This document shows, piece after piece, positions 48,743 to 57,179 of a DNA stretch of 64,000 nt. The position numbers were made by a program, and so were the translations under genes. The stretch covers positions 8,569 to 72,568 of the forward strand of contig JAVHNX010000051.1 in assembly GCA_036169735.1 (NCBI GenBank). The letters run 5' to 3'. The stretch comes from Minisyncoccota bacterium (lineage in GTDB: Bacteria; Patescibacteriota; Minisyncoccia; Phycocordibacterales; UBA9973). How positions within the stretch are numbered: the first letter of the stretch is position 1; each line of letters opens with the position of its first letter. The notes beneath the pieces are model-generated. The model had not been told where the DNA came from and did no database searches. It saw only the letters and a program-made list of their open reading frames with translations.

Positions 48743-49675
48743 TTATTGCATGACTGCTTCCATATCTGAAACTGCTGCGATAAATTCTTCACTATACTTT
48801 TGATATTGAGAAAGACCTGAGAGTCCGACGACTGGGTCAGCTATTGTTTTCGCCATATTGCGTACACTGATACCTGTGTTGTTAGCACTATTGGCTATTT
48901 TCAAATGATATTGCGCCAAACTTTCTGGTACGGCTATTTTCATAGCCTCATTTGCAAAATCTTGATAAGCATCAGCTATAGTTTGAAGTTCTGCTGATTG
49001 AGTTCCTGTACCGAGTGTCGAATATATTGAAAGATCATTGCCCACGATGTCTAATTCGTCCCCTAAACCTGTAGAAGCATAACCCTCAAATAATGTTTTC
49101 ATCGCAGCGTAGTATTTGTTTTGATTTTTTGATGAATTATCGGTACTTACTCTCACTTCATCTTGAACATAACGATCAATCAGTGTAGGGTCTATCATTT
49201 TTTGACCTAAAGCACTAGAAAAGTTGTTTATAGTATTACTGTCCACCTGACCTGATTGTTTCATAGACATAAATGCAGCAAAAAACTCCCTTGAGAATTT
49301 ATCTGTTTCGGTCAAGTTTTCATCATTTGGAGTTTGTTCTGTCCCAAGCTCAATTTTTTTATTCTGTATATAAGTAGCGTCTGGTGTGTTGTTGAAAGTT
49401 ACTTTATTATTTTTGTCAGTACCCCAAAGAGCCTCTTCCCAGTCAGGGATCCCATCACTGTCAGAGTCTTTTAATACAAGTTCGTTTATAGTTAGTTTTC
49501 CTGTTTCCTGTATCAGGGCATTTTTCTCAGCTTGAGATATAAATTTTTCTTTTGCAGATATCCTAAAAAATATAAAAAGACCAATAGCCACAACGAGACA
49601 AGTAAGACCTATTTTAATAAACCTTTTGCTTGGGATATATTTTGAATATTTTTCTAAAACATGTTTTTTTTTCAT
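48743..49675 (-). CDS. Membrane-anchored hypothetical protein (N-terminal TM)
   Basis: TM LTCLVVAIGLFIFF, then a hydrophilic domain. Confidence 0.45.
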   Translation of the reverse strand: MKKKHVLEKYSKYIPSKRFIKIGLTCLVVAIGLFIFFRISAKEKFISQAEKNALIQETGKLTINELVLKDSDSDGIPDWEEALWGTDKNNKVTFNNTPDATYIQNKKIELGTEQTPNDENLTETDKFSREFFAAFMSMKQSGQVDSNTINNFSSALGQKMIDPTLIDRYVQDEVRVSTDNSSKNQNKYYAAMKTLFEGYASTGLGDELDIVGNDLSIYSTLGTGTQSAELQTIADAYQDFANEAMKIAVPESLAQYHLKIANSANNTGISVRNMAKTIADPVVGLSGLSQYQKYSEEFIAAVSDMEAVMQ

Positions 49676-49687
49676 CTGATATTTAAT

Positions 49688-50098
49688 TTACTTTTTAGAG
49701 GTCCCAAAGAGAACCATCGTTGCAAGATTAACTACGGTTGTCACTGGTGGATCTCCCTTCAAAATGCAGGTAATCGGGGTTGTTGTTGGACTATAGAGCC
49801 CAAGAATTGATTGCCCTGGTGATAATGGTAATTTTGTTTTGCTAACAACAGCGGCTGGTATAAAATATCCTGTTGGGGCTTTATTTACTGGTTTAATTGT
49901 TATAGTCTGACCAGGAATTACGCAAGTATAGCCAGTAGTTTGCAAAGATTTTATCTTTGTGTTCGTTGTATATAATATTTTTCCACCAAAAGATTTAGTT
50001 GAAGCAGCTGCAAAAGCAATCTTTATTGTAACTAGTACAAAAAATAACACCAATATAGTTCGTGCAAAAATCTTTATCATTCTATTATTATACTCCAA
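49688..50098 (-). CDS. Small secreted hypothetical protein (first gene of the T4SS-like operon)
   Basis: N-terminal anchor/signal IFARTILVLFFVLVTIKIAFAAAS. Confidence 0.45.
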   Translation of the reverse strand: MEYNNRMIKIFARTILVLFFVLVTIKIAFAAASTKSFGGKILYTTNTKIKSLQTTGYTCVIPGQTITIKPVNKAPTGYFIPAAVVSKTKLPLSPGQSILGLYSPTTTPITCILKGDPPVTTVVNLATMVLFGTSKK

Positions 50099-50162
50099 TT
50101 TTTCTTGGTTTCAAGGGAAAGTCTTGTCTAACGCAAGATTATACCCATTAATTATAAATTAA

Positions 50163-51104
50163 CTATTTTTTCTTACTTTTCCTAATTAAATTCATTTCAT
50201 ACCTTTGTATTGCATCAAGCGACGTTTTCCAATTTCTACCCTCTTTTACCCCCGCAACTTTACCAGTACGGACAAGAAGTCCAAGGTATTCCGCATCATA
50301 TTTTGTTTGCGGAGCTATTTTTGATAGGGATAATAAGGTATTTTCTTTAGTAGAATTTTTTATTGCTTTTATATATAAATCCAAGGAACGTTCAACTGCT
50401 TGAGAAATAAAAAGAACTAAATCTTCTATTTGGTTTTTATCAGCTTTCTGTAAAGCTTTATAATATTTTGTCCTGTCATTTTTAAGAATCACAACAATTG
50501 GATAACCTTGTTTCATTAAAATGATATTTAAAATCAATCTGCTCACCCGTCCATTACCATCACCAAAAGGATGAATAAAAACAAAACGATGTTTAAATTC
50601 TGTTGCTAAAGTAACAATGTCCAACTTGTTTTTATTTTCCTTATACCAATCTAGCAAATCCTTCATTTTATGAGGTACTTCAAATGCAGGTGATGGAGTA
50701 TGTTTGCTCCCAGTTATACGCACATCATAAGTGCGATATGAGCCAGCTTCCACCCCATCAATATTCTGCACCACCAAACTATGCAAATTTCTTATGAGCA
50801 TTTCAGAAAGCGGAATATCTTTTTTACTATCTACTACATCATATAAATATTCAATCGCTTTCGCTTGGTTTTTTACTTCCAAATGATCCTTGAATGATTT
50901 CCCTTTGACTGTAATACCTTGTTGTAAGACAAGCATTGTCTCTCGTAGGGTAAGAGTATTCCCTTCTATTGCATTTGAATTGTAATTCATCTCAATAGAA
51001 AATTGTTCACGCAGTTTATTTACTAGGTAAGGAGGAAAAGGCCGTACTTTTTTTAGTATAACTAATTTATCTTCTATTCTTTTTAAAATAAACGTATTTC
51101 TCAT
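50163..51104 (-). CDS. Fic-family protein (class II, with intrinsic inhibitory motif)
   Basis: Fic motif HPFGDGNGRVSRL. The N-terminal SNAIEGN matches the (S/T)xxxE(G/N) inhibitory helix motif. Confidence 0.8.
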   Translation of the reverse strand: MRNTFILKRIEDKLVILKKVRPFPPYLVNKLREQFSIEMNYNSNAIEGNTLTLRETMLVLQQGITVKGKSFKDHLEVKNQAKAIEYLYDVVDSKKDIPLSEMLIRNLHSLVVQNIDGVEAGSYRTYDVRITGSKHTPSPAFEVPHKMKDLLDWYKENKNKLDIVTLATEFKHRFVFIHPFGDGNGRVSRLILNIILMKQGYPIVVILKNDRTKYYKALQKADKNQIEDLVLFISQAVERSLDLYIKAIKNSTKENTLLSLSKIAPQTKYDAEYLGLLVRTGKVAGVKEGRNWKTSLDAIQRYEMNLIRKSKKK

Positions 51105-51176
51105 ATTATTTTATAATATCATTAATATCGGATAACTTCATTTAGTATACTATCCGATGTTAAGAAAAGCAAGTAG

Positions 51177-52160
51177 CTACTGAGCTAGCGAAATCCAATC
51201 TTCTAGTTTCAGTTCTTCGGCTCGTTTGTTTCCTAGCTCGGTTTTTTTGTATTGGACACCTGCATCTGCAAGGTTTTTTGAAAGTTTCTTTCTTTTGTGA
51301 GCAAAACCAGCTTTTACTATTTCCCAGAATTTCTCTTCGTCTGTATTTTTGTTCTCCTCCCCCTTAATAAGGGGGAGGCTGGGAGGGGGTGAATTTAAGA
51401 ACCTCACCCCAACCCCCTCCTCAACAAGGAGGGGGGTAAAAAAATTCTTCCTAGAAATATTTTTGATAGCTATCACAGCTGAATCCACTTTAGGTGCTGG
51501 TGAAAAATATCTTGCTGGTACTTTCATTATTATTTTTGGTTCTCCGTAAGCCTTTACTGATATAGATAAAATACTTTCTTTGCCGTCTCGTGCGACTATT
51601 CTTTTTGCTACTTCGTGTTGAACCATCAAGACCATTGTTTCAGGCTGATGTGCGTCTGTTAGGAATTTTTTTAATATTGCGCCGGTTATGTTGTATGGGA
51701 TGTTTGCGATTATTTTATAATCTTGAAGGATATTACTTTGAAAACCGCACATATTTCCCTGCTGGGAAATTGCTATGCTCGGCCCGTCGGCCTCCGCAAT
51801 GCTTTTCAAAACAATATTCTTCAAGATTATTTCGAGGTTTAACTCCAAAATATCTCCCCTAATTAAAACTAATTTTTTGGTAGCTATTTCTTCACTAAAT
51901 TTTTCGGTAAGTGTCTCAATAAGGTCACGATCTTTTTCTACAGCTATTACTACCCCTGCTTTTTCTAGAAGCTTTTCAGTAAGAGCTCCTTTGCCTGGGC
52001 CAATTTCTAAAATGACATCAGTAGGTGTTATATCCCCCGCTTCTACTATAGCCCGTAAGGCTGGTTCTGATTTTAGGAAGTTTTGTCCTAAAGCCTTTTT
52101 GGCTCGGACGAACCCGTGTACGGGTTTTAGTTCTAATGATTTTTTTGCTTTATGTATCAT
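51177..52160 (-). CDS. ksgA: 16S rRNA (adenine1518/1519-N6)-dimethyltransferase RsmA/KsgA, carrying two in-frame palindromic-element insertions
   Basis: KKALGQNFL...ILEIGPGKGALT SAM motif. At 327 aa it is long for KsgA. The extra segments TPLLVEEGVGVRFLNSPPPSLPLIKGEE (family A) and SIAEADGPSIAISQQGNMCGF (family B) account for the excess. Confidence 0.8.
   Translation of the reverse strand: MIHKAKKSLELKPVHGFVRAKKALGQNFLKSEPALRAIVEAGDITPTDVILEIGPGKGALTEKLLEKAGVVIAVEKDRDLIETLTEKFSEEIATKKLVLIRGDILELNLEIILKNIVLKSIAEADGPSIAISQQGNMCGFQSNILQDYKIIANIPYNITGAILKKFLTDAHQPETMVLMVQHEVAKRIVARDGKESILSISVKAYGEPKIIMKVPARYFSPAPKVDSAVIAIKNISRKNFFTPLLVEEGVGVRFLNSPPPSLPLIKGEENKNTDEEKFWEIVKAGFAHKRKKLSKNLADAGVQYKKTELGNKRAEELKLEDWISLAQ
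51356..51437. repeat. GC-rich palindromic element, family A, two head-to-head copies in-frame in ksgA
   Basis: CCTCCCCCTTAATAAGGGGGAGGCTGGGAGGGGGTG...CTCACCCCAACCCCCTCCTCAACAAGGAGGGGGGT. Confidence 0.65.
51741..51806. repeat. GC-rich palindromic element, family B (reverse orientation), in-frame in ksgA
   Basis: AAAACCGCACATATTTCCCTGCTGGGAAATTGCTATGCTCGGCCCGTCGGCCTCCGCAATGCTTTT. Confidence 0.65.
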
Positions 52161-52179
52161 GAATTTATTAATTACAAGT

Positions 52180-54213
52180 TTACAGATAGATTGTTTTCAC
52201 TCCACTTTCTTCGCCTTCTTTTTCTAGTATATCATCTGGAATATTGGAAATAAATTCTGACGGAGTATTGATTTGTCGTGAACCGAAAATAGTTCGGTAG
52301 TTTGCATATGATAAAAACAATTTTTCTTTCGCACGAGTAAGAGCAACATAAAAAAGTCTTCTTTCTTCTTCAGAATCCTCTCCTGATCTTGTCTCACCAA
52401 ATTTTCGATGAGGAAAGAGTCCGTCTTCGAGTCCAGTTATAAAAACATATTTAAATTCAAGACCTTTTGATGCATGGACAGTCATTAATTTTACCCCAGT
52501 CTTGACCTCCTTCTTCTTATCATCATTAATCATAATACTGTCTTGGTCTGATGCGAGTGACGCATCTTCTAAAAGTTTTTCTACACCTGAACCATTTTCT
52601 AGTGCGTCATATTTAAGAGCTAAGGTCACCAATTCTTTTATATTTTCTAATCTTTCAGTATCTTCTTCTGTTCCAGTCATGAGTTCATTTTCTATACCAG
52701 ATTTTTTTACTGCGAATTTTATAACATCGGAGACTTTTGAATTTTCTATTTTTTCTTTTATTTCTTCCAATGTTTTATAAAAGTTATCCACTTTTATTTT
52801 TACTTTAATTGGTAGGGTTTCTTTTTCACCACTAAATATTTTTGCCATTGTGACTTTCCCAATCCCTCTGACCGGGAAGTTTATAATACGTCTGATGTCC
52901 GATAGACTTTCTGGGTTGAGTGCGGCGCGAAGATATGAGAGAGTGTCCTTTATCTCTTTTCTTTCAAAGAATTTAACACCCAGAACTTGATAAGGGACAT
53001 TGTATCTAAGTAACGCTTCTTCGAGTGCACGGGATTGGAAATTAGCCCTATATAATATGGCTACTTCGGACAGGATACTATTATTAAAACCGCACATATT
53101 TCCCTGCTGGGAAATTGCTATGCTCGGCCCGTCGGCCTGCGCAATGCTTTTAATAACAGTGTCCTGTCCTTTGTTTGAGCTGTTATCTAATATCTCTAAA
53201 ATTTTTGTCGCGACAAAATCAGCTTCGTCATTTTCTGCTAATCCTTCATATAAAGTTATTTTTTCACCAGCTGAATTTTGAGTAAATAGATTTTTGTCGG
53301 GTCGATATTTGTTTTTTTTAATAACTTCATTGGCGGCTTCTAAGATATTTTTAGTGGATCGGTAATTTTCTTCTAATAAAACTATTTTTGCATTTGGGTA
53401 ATCTTTTTCAAAATTTAATATATTTTTTAAATTTGCACCACGCCAAGAATAAATATTTTGATCAGCATCTCCGACGACACAGATATTTTTATTATTTTCT
53501 GAAAGTATTTTTGACATCAAGTACTGCACTTCGTTTGTATCTTGGTACTCATCGATGTGTATATACTCCCATTTTTCTTGATAACTTTTTCTTATCTGTT
53601 CGTTTTCTTTTAATAACTTAACTGCCTTTAAAAGTAAATCATCAAAGTCTAAAGAATTTTCTTTGTTTTTTTTGTTTTCGTATAAAGACCAAACTTGTGC
53701 AACAATCTTACTAAGATAGTCACTGGCATTTTCTGAGTAATCTGATAGATGCGTAAATTTACCTTTTTCTCTGCTGATAATACCTTTTATTTTTTTTGGT
53801 TCGTACTGTTTAGGATCTAAACTTATTTCTAGTATTGCTTCTTTTACCAGTGCGACAGAACTTGATTCGTCTAAAATAGTGAAATACTTTGTAAGCCCTA
53901 GAATTCTCGCATTTTCTTTGATTATAAAGACCCCTAGAGAGTGGAAAGTACTAACAAAAGGAATAGTATCATGCCCTTTAGCATTTTTTTCTATTTCTAA
54001 TATTACACGTTCCCTCATTTCTTTTGCTGCTTTGTTTGTGAAAGTAACAGCCAGGATCTTTTCTGGAGCAGTTCCTTGTTTAATTAAATTAACGATTCGG
54101 TGTGTAATCGTCTTTGTTTTTCCAGCTCCTGCGCCAGCCACAATAAGAAGCGGCCCATTCATGTGAATAGCCGCTTCTTTTTGTGCATTATTAAGTCCTT
54201 TCAAATGTTCCAT
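52180..54213 (-). CDS. pcrA: ATP-dependent DNA helicase, UvrD/PcrA/Rep family
   Basis: LNNAQKEAAIH..GPLLIVAGAGAGKTKTITHRI (motifs Q and I), plus ...VGDADQNIYSWRGA... and the later helicase motifs. Contains the in-frame family-B element (SIAQADGPSIAISQQGNMCGF). Confidence 0.85.
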   Translation of the reverse strand: MEHLKGLNNAQKEAAIHMNGPLLIVAGAGAGKTKTITHRIVNLIKQGTAPEKILAVTFTNKAAKEMRERVILEIEKNAKGHDTIPFVSTFHSLGVFIIKENARILGLTKYFTILDESSSVALVKEAILEISLDPKQYEPKKIKGIISREKGKFTHLSDYSENASDYLSKIVAQVWSLYENKKNKENSLDFDDLLLKAVKLLKENEQIRKSYQEKWEYIHIDEYQDTNEVQYLMSKILSENNKNICVVGDADQNIYSWRGANLKNILNFEKDYPNAKIVLLEENYRSTKNILEAANEVIKKNKYRPDKNLFTQNSAGEKITLYEGLAENDEADFVATKILEILDNSSNKGQDTVIKSIAQADGPSIAISQQGNMCGFNNSILSEVAILYRANFQSRALEEALLRYNVPYQVLGVKFFERKEIKDTLSYLRAALNPESLSDIRRIINFPVRGIGKVTMAKIFSGEKETLPIKVKIKVDNFYKTLEEIKEKIENSKVSDVIKFAVKKSGIENELMTGTEEDTERLENIKELVTLALKYDALENGSGVEKLLEDASLASDQDSIMINDDKKKEVKTGVKLMTVHASKGLEFKYVFITGLEDGLFPHRKFGETRSGEDSEEERRLFYVALTRAKEKLFLSYANYRTIFGSRQINTPSEFISNIPDDILEKEGEESGVKTIYL
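53086..53152. repeat. GC-rich palindromic element, family B (reverse orientation), in-frame in the helicase gene
   Basis: Nearly identical to 51741-51806 (CCTGCGCAATG versus CCTCCGCAATG). Confidence 0.65.
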
Positions 54214-54233
54214 CCCCTATAATATAGCACAGT

Positions 54234-54539
54234 TTAGTTTCCGATTTGATTCATTATGTTTGAAGTTTTATTTTTGAATTTTTCTGTTTCTTCGATTATG
54301 ATTTTTTCGAAATCCACTACTTTATCTTTTAGAAAACTGAAAATTTCTTCAGGTTTTGCTTCATTATCTAGCATTTTTTCAAAATCATCTTGATCTTTGT
54401 CTGTCATTTTCTCAACTGCGCGCATTAAAACATTTTGATAAATCAAAGTTCCAGTTCGAATCAATATTTCTTCAGCTTCTTCTTTGGGAAGATTATCAAG
54501 TTCAAGTATGTCAATTATATTATTTTGTATTGGATTCAT
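54234..54539 (-). CDS. Hypothetical acidic protein (101 aa)
   Basis: ORF only. Confidence 0.35.
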   Translation of the reverse strand: MNPIQNNIIDILELDNLPKEEAEEILIRTGTLIYQNVLMRAVEKMTDKDQDDFEKMLDNEAKPEEIFSFLKDKVVDFEKIIIEETEKFKNKTSNIMNQIGN

Positions 54540-54553
54540 AAATTTTTTGTTAA

Positions 54554-57163
54554 TTATAATTTAACTTCGTCTAATACTTCCATTTCCGCTGCCTTTTCTA
54601 GACTTCGTGTAATAAATTCATCATTTGTTTCAGCTGCAGAAACCAAAGTCTCCTCTAGAGGACTGAGTCCTGTAACATCGTGCAGCTTGTTAAGATATGA
54701 GACCAGTTTTTTTGTATCTTCAGTCATACCTTCAGTTTTCAAATGCATAATTTTGTCTGCTGTTAGACTTGGTGAGTGTGAATTTTTCACATTGTCCCAT
54801 AAGGTAGTGTTTTTACCAAAAAGGTGATTAATATTTTCTGTTCGTACTAGTTGAGCCTGCTCTAAGTGTTGTTTTAGAAGACTTTGAAGTATTTCTCCAG
54901 TTGGTTCTATTGGATTTTCTGGTATACGTTTACCAGATGCGTCATACTGACCTTTAGTTTCTGTTGGATTTACTTGATTTTGTTTAAGATGTTCATCGAT
55001 TGCGGGAGTTTCTGTTGGATTCACTTGGTTTTGTTCTAGCTGTTGATCTATTTCTCCGTCTTCAGGAGTTGCGTGTGCTGAACCTTCTTGGGGTGCAACA
55101 TGCTGACCTTGATGATTTGAATCAAACATGTCACCTTTAAATTGTTCAACATCAGCACCTTTAATTAGAACCTGATCATGTTCAATACCTTTCATATCAA
55201 TATAATGTGTTTTTAAAGTTCCATTTTCAAAAGAAAGTGTTCCTTTCTGAACAATCATACTTTCCGCTGGGGAATTTGGATTATACATACCCAGTTTGAT
55301 CGCCTCCTGTGTCGAATCTGTCTTCATGAATTCCTGTATATTTGCTGGAGCTTTCGTGATATCAGGATAATCATGACTAATCTGTGTTTTTAAGTCATGA
55401 ATAGTTTGTATTGCTCCTCTTGAACTATAGTCTACACTTTCTGTTTTTAATTCTATTTTTACTGTTCCATGACCGTCAGCTCCAGGCTTTTGTAAATCAC
55501 CATTAGCCAGTGCTTGTTCGGGTGAGATATTATGCAAAATATTTCCCATTTCATAAGACGCGATTCCACCAGCTGCAACTGTAATCAAAGCCTTGGTAAT
55601 CAATCTTTCTCTTTTTGCTTTTCGTTCTTTTTCTGATATTTCATCAAATTCTTTTTTGTTTTTTGCAAAACTTGTATCAAAAGTTTCCTCAGAAAATCTT
55701 TTAGCCAAGTTTCTTTCTTCCATTTCTCTATTTTCTGCAGATTTTGATTTAAACAACCAGTCATAAGCTTGAGCGGCACTTTGTCCAACGAAACTTCCTG
55801 TTAATCCTCTTACGTATTTAGTACCTAAATACGTAGCTGTTACTCCCCCTGCCGCGATAGAACTAGGTAGGAATGTAGCGATTGCTGCAGTAGATAATGC
55901 GGTAGAAATTGCAATTTTTTTCCATCTAGGTTGTTTCAAGTACCAATCCATACCTTGTTTCCAAAGAGCTTTTTCTTTCAAAGGAAGGTTCTCTGCCTTA
56001 AGAGCATTCAATCTTGTTTGTTCTTCGGCTATTACTTTTGTGAAAATCTCGTTACCTTTGTATCTCTTTAGTTCTATTTTTTGTTGTTCTGAAGTTAGTT
56101 TGGAATTTTTTAATTTTGCCTCTTTTTCAGAATACATGTTTTTACCATATTCGATTGTAGTTTTCTCGTATTCTTTTTCTAGGTCTTTTAAATATTGTGG
56201 AGTTTCAGATTCTGTCACTTTTGATCCAAAGATTTTTCTACCAAGATTTTTATACCAGCTAGAATCTTTCTTTCTGTCTGCAAGAAACTTTTTATAACCA
56301 TCCGCATATTGTACTCTAGCATTATTTAATTGTGCTAGAAGTACTTGTTCGGATGCTTTTTCAATAACTTTTTCTTCTGATTTTTTTTCTGAAATTTTTG
56401 TATCCTCAACTTTTCCTGCAGGATTTTTTAATTTTTCTTTTTCAGTCTCAAGTTCTATTTTTAATGCTTTAATTTTTTCTATTTCATTTAGTTCTACGTT
56501 CACGTGGGTATTTTCTTTTTTCTCTGTTGGTGCAGCCACTGTTTCTTTGGTTGTTTCTTTTTTGACTGCTACAGCATCATCTTTTGTGTTCTTAAAACCA
56601 TTAGCAATAGTATTTCTTATCTCTTCCATTTTTTTATCAGATTTTTCTTTCGCTTCTGTGATCATCTTTTCTGATTTTTCATGAATATTTTTTATGTTTT
56701 CTTCAAACTTTGTATTATCTTCTACTATTACTCGTTCTGAATTTTCAGTTATTTTTTTCATTATGTCTTCGTTTTCTTCAGCTTCTGTTTTTTCAACTTT
56801 TTCTATTGGTGTAGCTATTGTTTCTACTACTGGGTTTACAGTATCCTTTGTCTCTACTACGTTTTCAGCACCCATAGTTTTTTTCTCTCCTTTTTCTGCA
56901 AGAAGCTCTCCTAGTCTTATGGTATTTTCAGACAAGACATCGTCTTTTTTAAATAACTCTGCTTCTTTTTCTTCATCCTTTAAAGAAGGGTCATTTGCAG
57001 TGGCTTCTCTGCGGGCTTTGGTTGCCATAATAACAAACTCAACATCTGCTATTTTTGCAGCAGTTTCTTTGGTATATCCACCTTCAACTAACTCTAAAAC
57101 TCTTTTATCAATTTTTTCTTTGTTTCTTTTGAAGTCTTTGTTTTTAGGTGGTATATCTTTCAT
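54554..57163 (-). CDS. Large K/E-rich hypothetical protein with central hydrophobic segments
   Basis: 869 aa, coiled-coil-like low-complexity. TM-like ISTALSTAAIATFLPSSIAAGG. Confidence 0.4.
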   Translation of the reverse strand: MKDIPPKNKDFKRNKEKIDKRVLELVEGGYTKETAAKIADVEFVIMATKARREATANDPSLKDEEKEAELFKKDDVLSENTIRLGELLAEKGEKKTMGAENVVETKDTVNPVVETIATPIEKVEKTEAEENEDIMKKITENSERVIVEDNTKFEENIKNIHEKSEKMITEAKEKSDKKMEEIRNTIANGFKNTKDDAVAVKKETTKETVAAPTEKKENTHVNVELNEIEKIKALKIELETEKEKLKNPAGKVEDTKISEKKSEEKVIEKASEQVLLAQLNNARVQYADGYKKFLADRKKDSSWYKNLGRKIFGSKVTESETPQYLKDLEKEYEKTTIEYGKNMYSEKEAKLKNSKLTSEQQKIELKRYKGNEIFTKVIAEEQTRLNALKAENLPLKEKALWKQGMDWYLKQPRWKKIAISTALSTAAIATFLPSSIAAGGVTATYLGTKYVRGLTGSFVGQSAAQAYDWLFKSKSAENREMEERNLAKRFSEETFDTSFAKNKKEFDEISEKERKAKRERLITKALITVAAGGIASYEMGNILHNISPEQALANGDLQKPGADGHGTVKIELKTESVDYSSRGAIQTIHDLKTQISHDYPDITKAPANIQEFMKTDSTQEAIKLGMYNPNSPAESMIVQKGTLSFENGTLKTHYIDMKGIEHDQVLIKGADVEQFKGDMFDSNHQGQHVAPQEGSAHATPEDGEIDQQLEQNQVNPTETPAIDEHLKQNQVNPTETKGQYDASGKRIPENPIEPTGEILQSLLKQHLEQAQLVRTENINHLFGKNTTLWDNVKNSHSPSLTADKIMHLKTEGMTEDTKKLVSYLNKLHDVTGLSPLEETLVSAAETNDEFITRSLEKAAEMEVLDEVKL

Positions 57164-57179
57164 AAATTTGTTTATTATA

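Noticed and set aside
34164-50098. Integrated conjugative element or prophage
   Set aside because: No integrase, relaxase, VirD4, phage structural genes or flanking tRNA/att repeats are visible in the window. The operon looks chromosomal.
50163-51104. Fic gene as half of a Fic/antitoxin (toxin-antitoxin) pair
   Set aside because: There is no small adjacent antitoxin ORF, and the inhibitory (S/T)xxxE(G/N) motif is intramolecular (class II).
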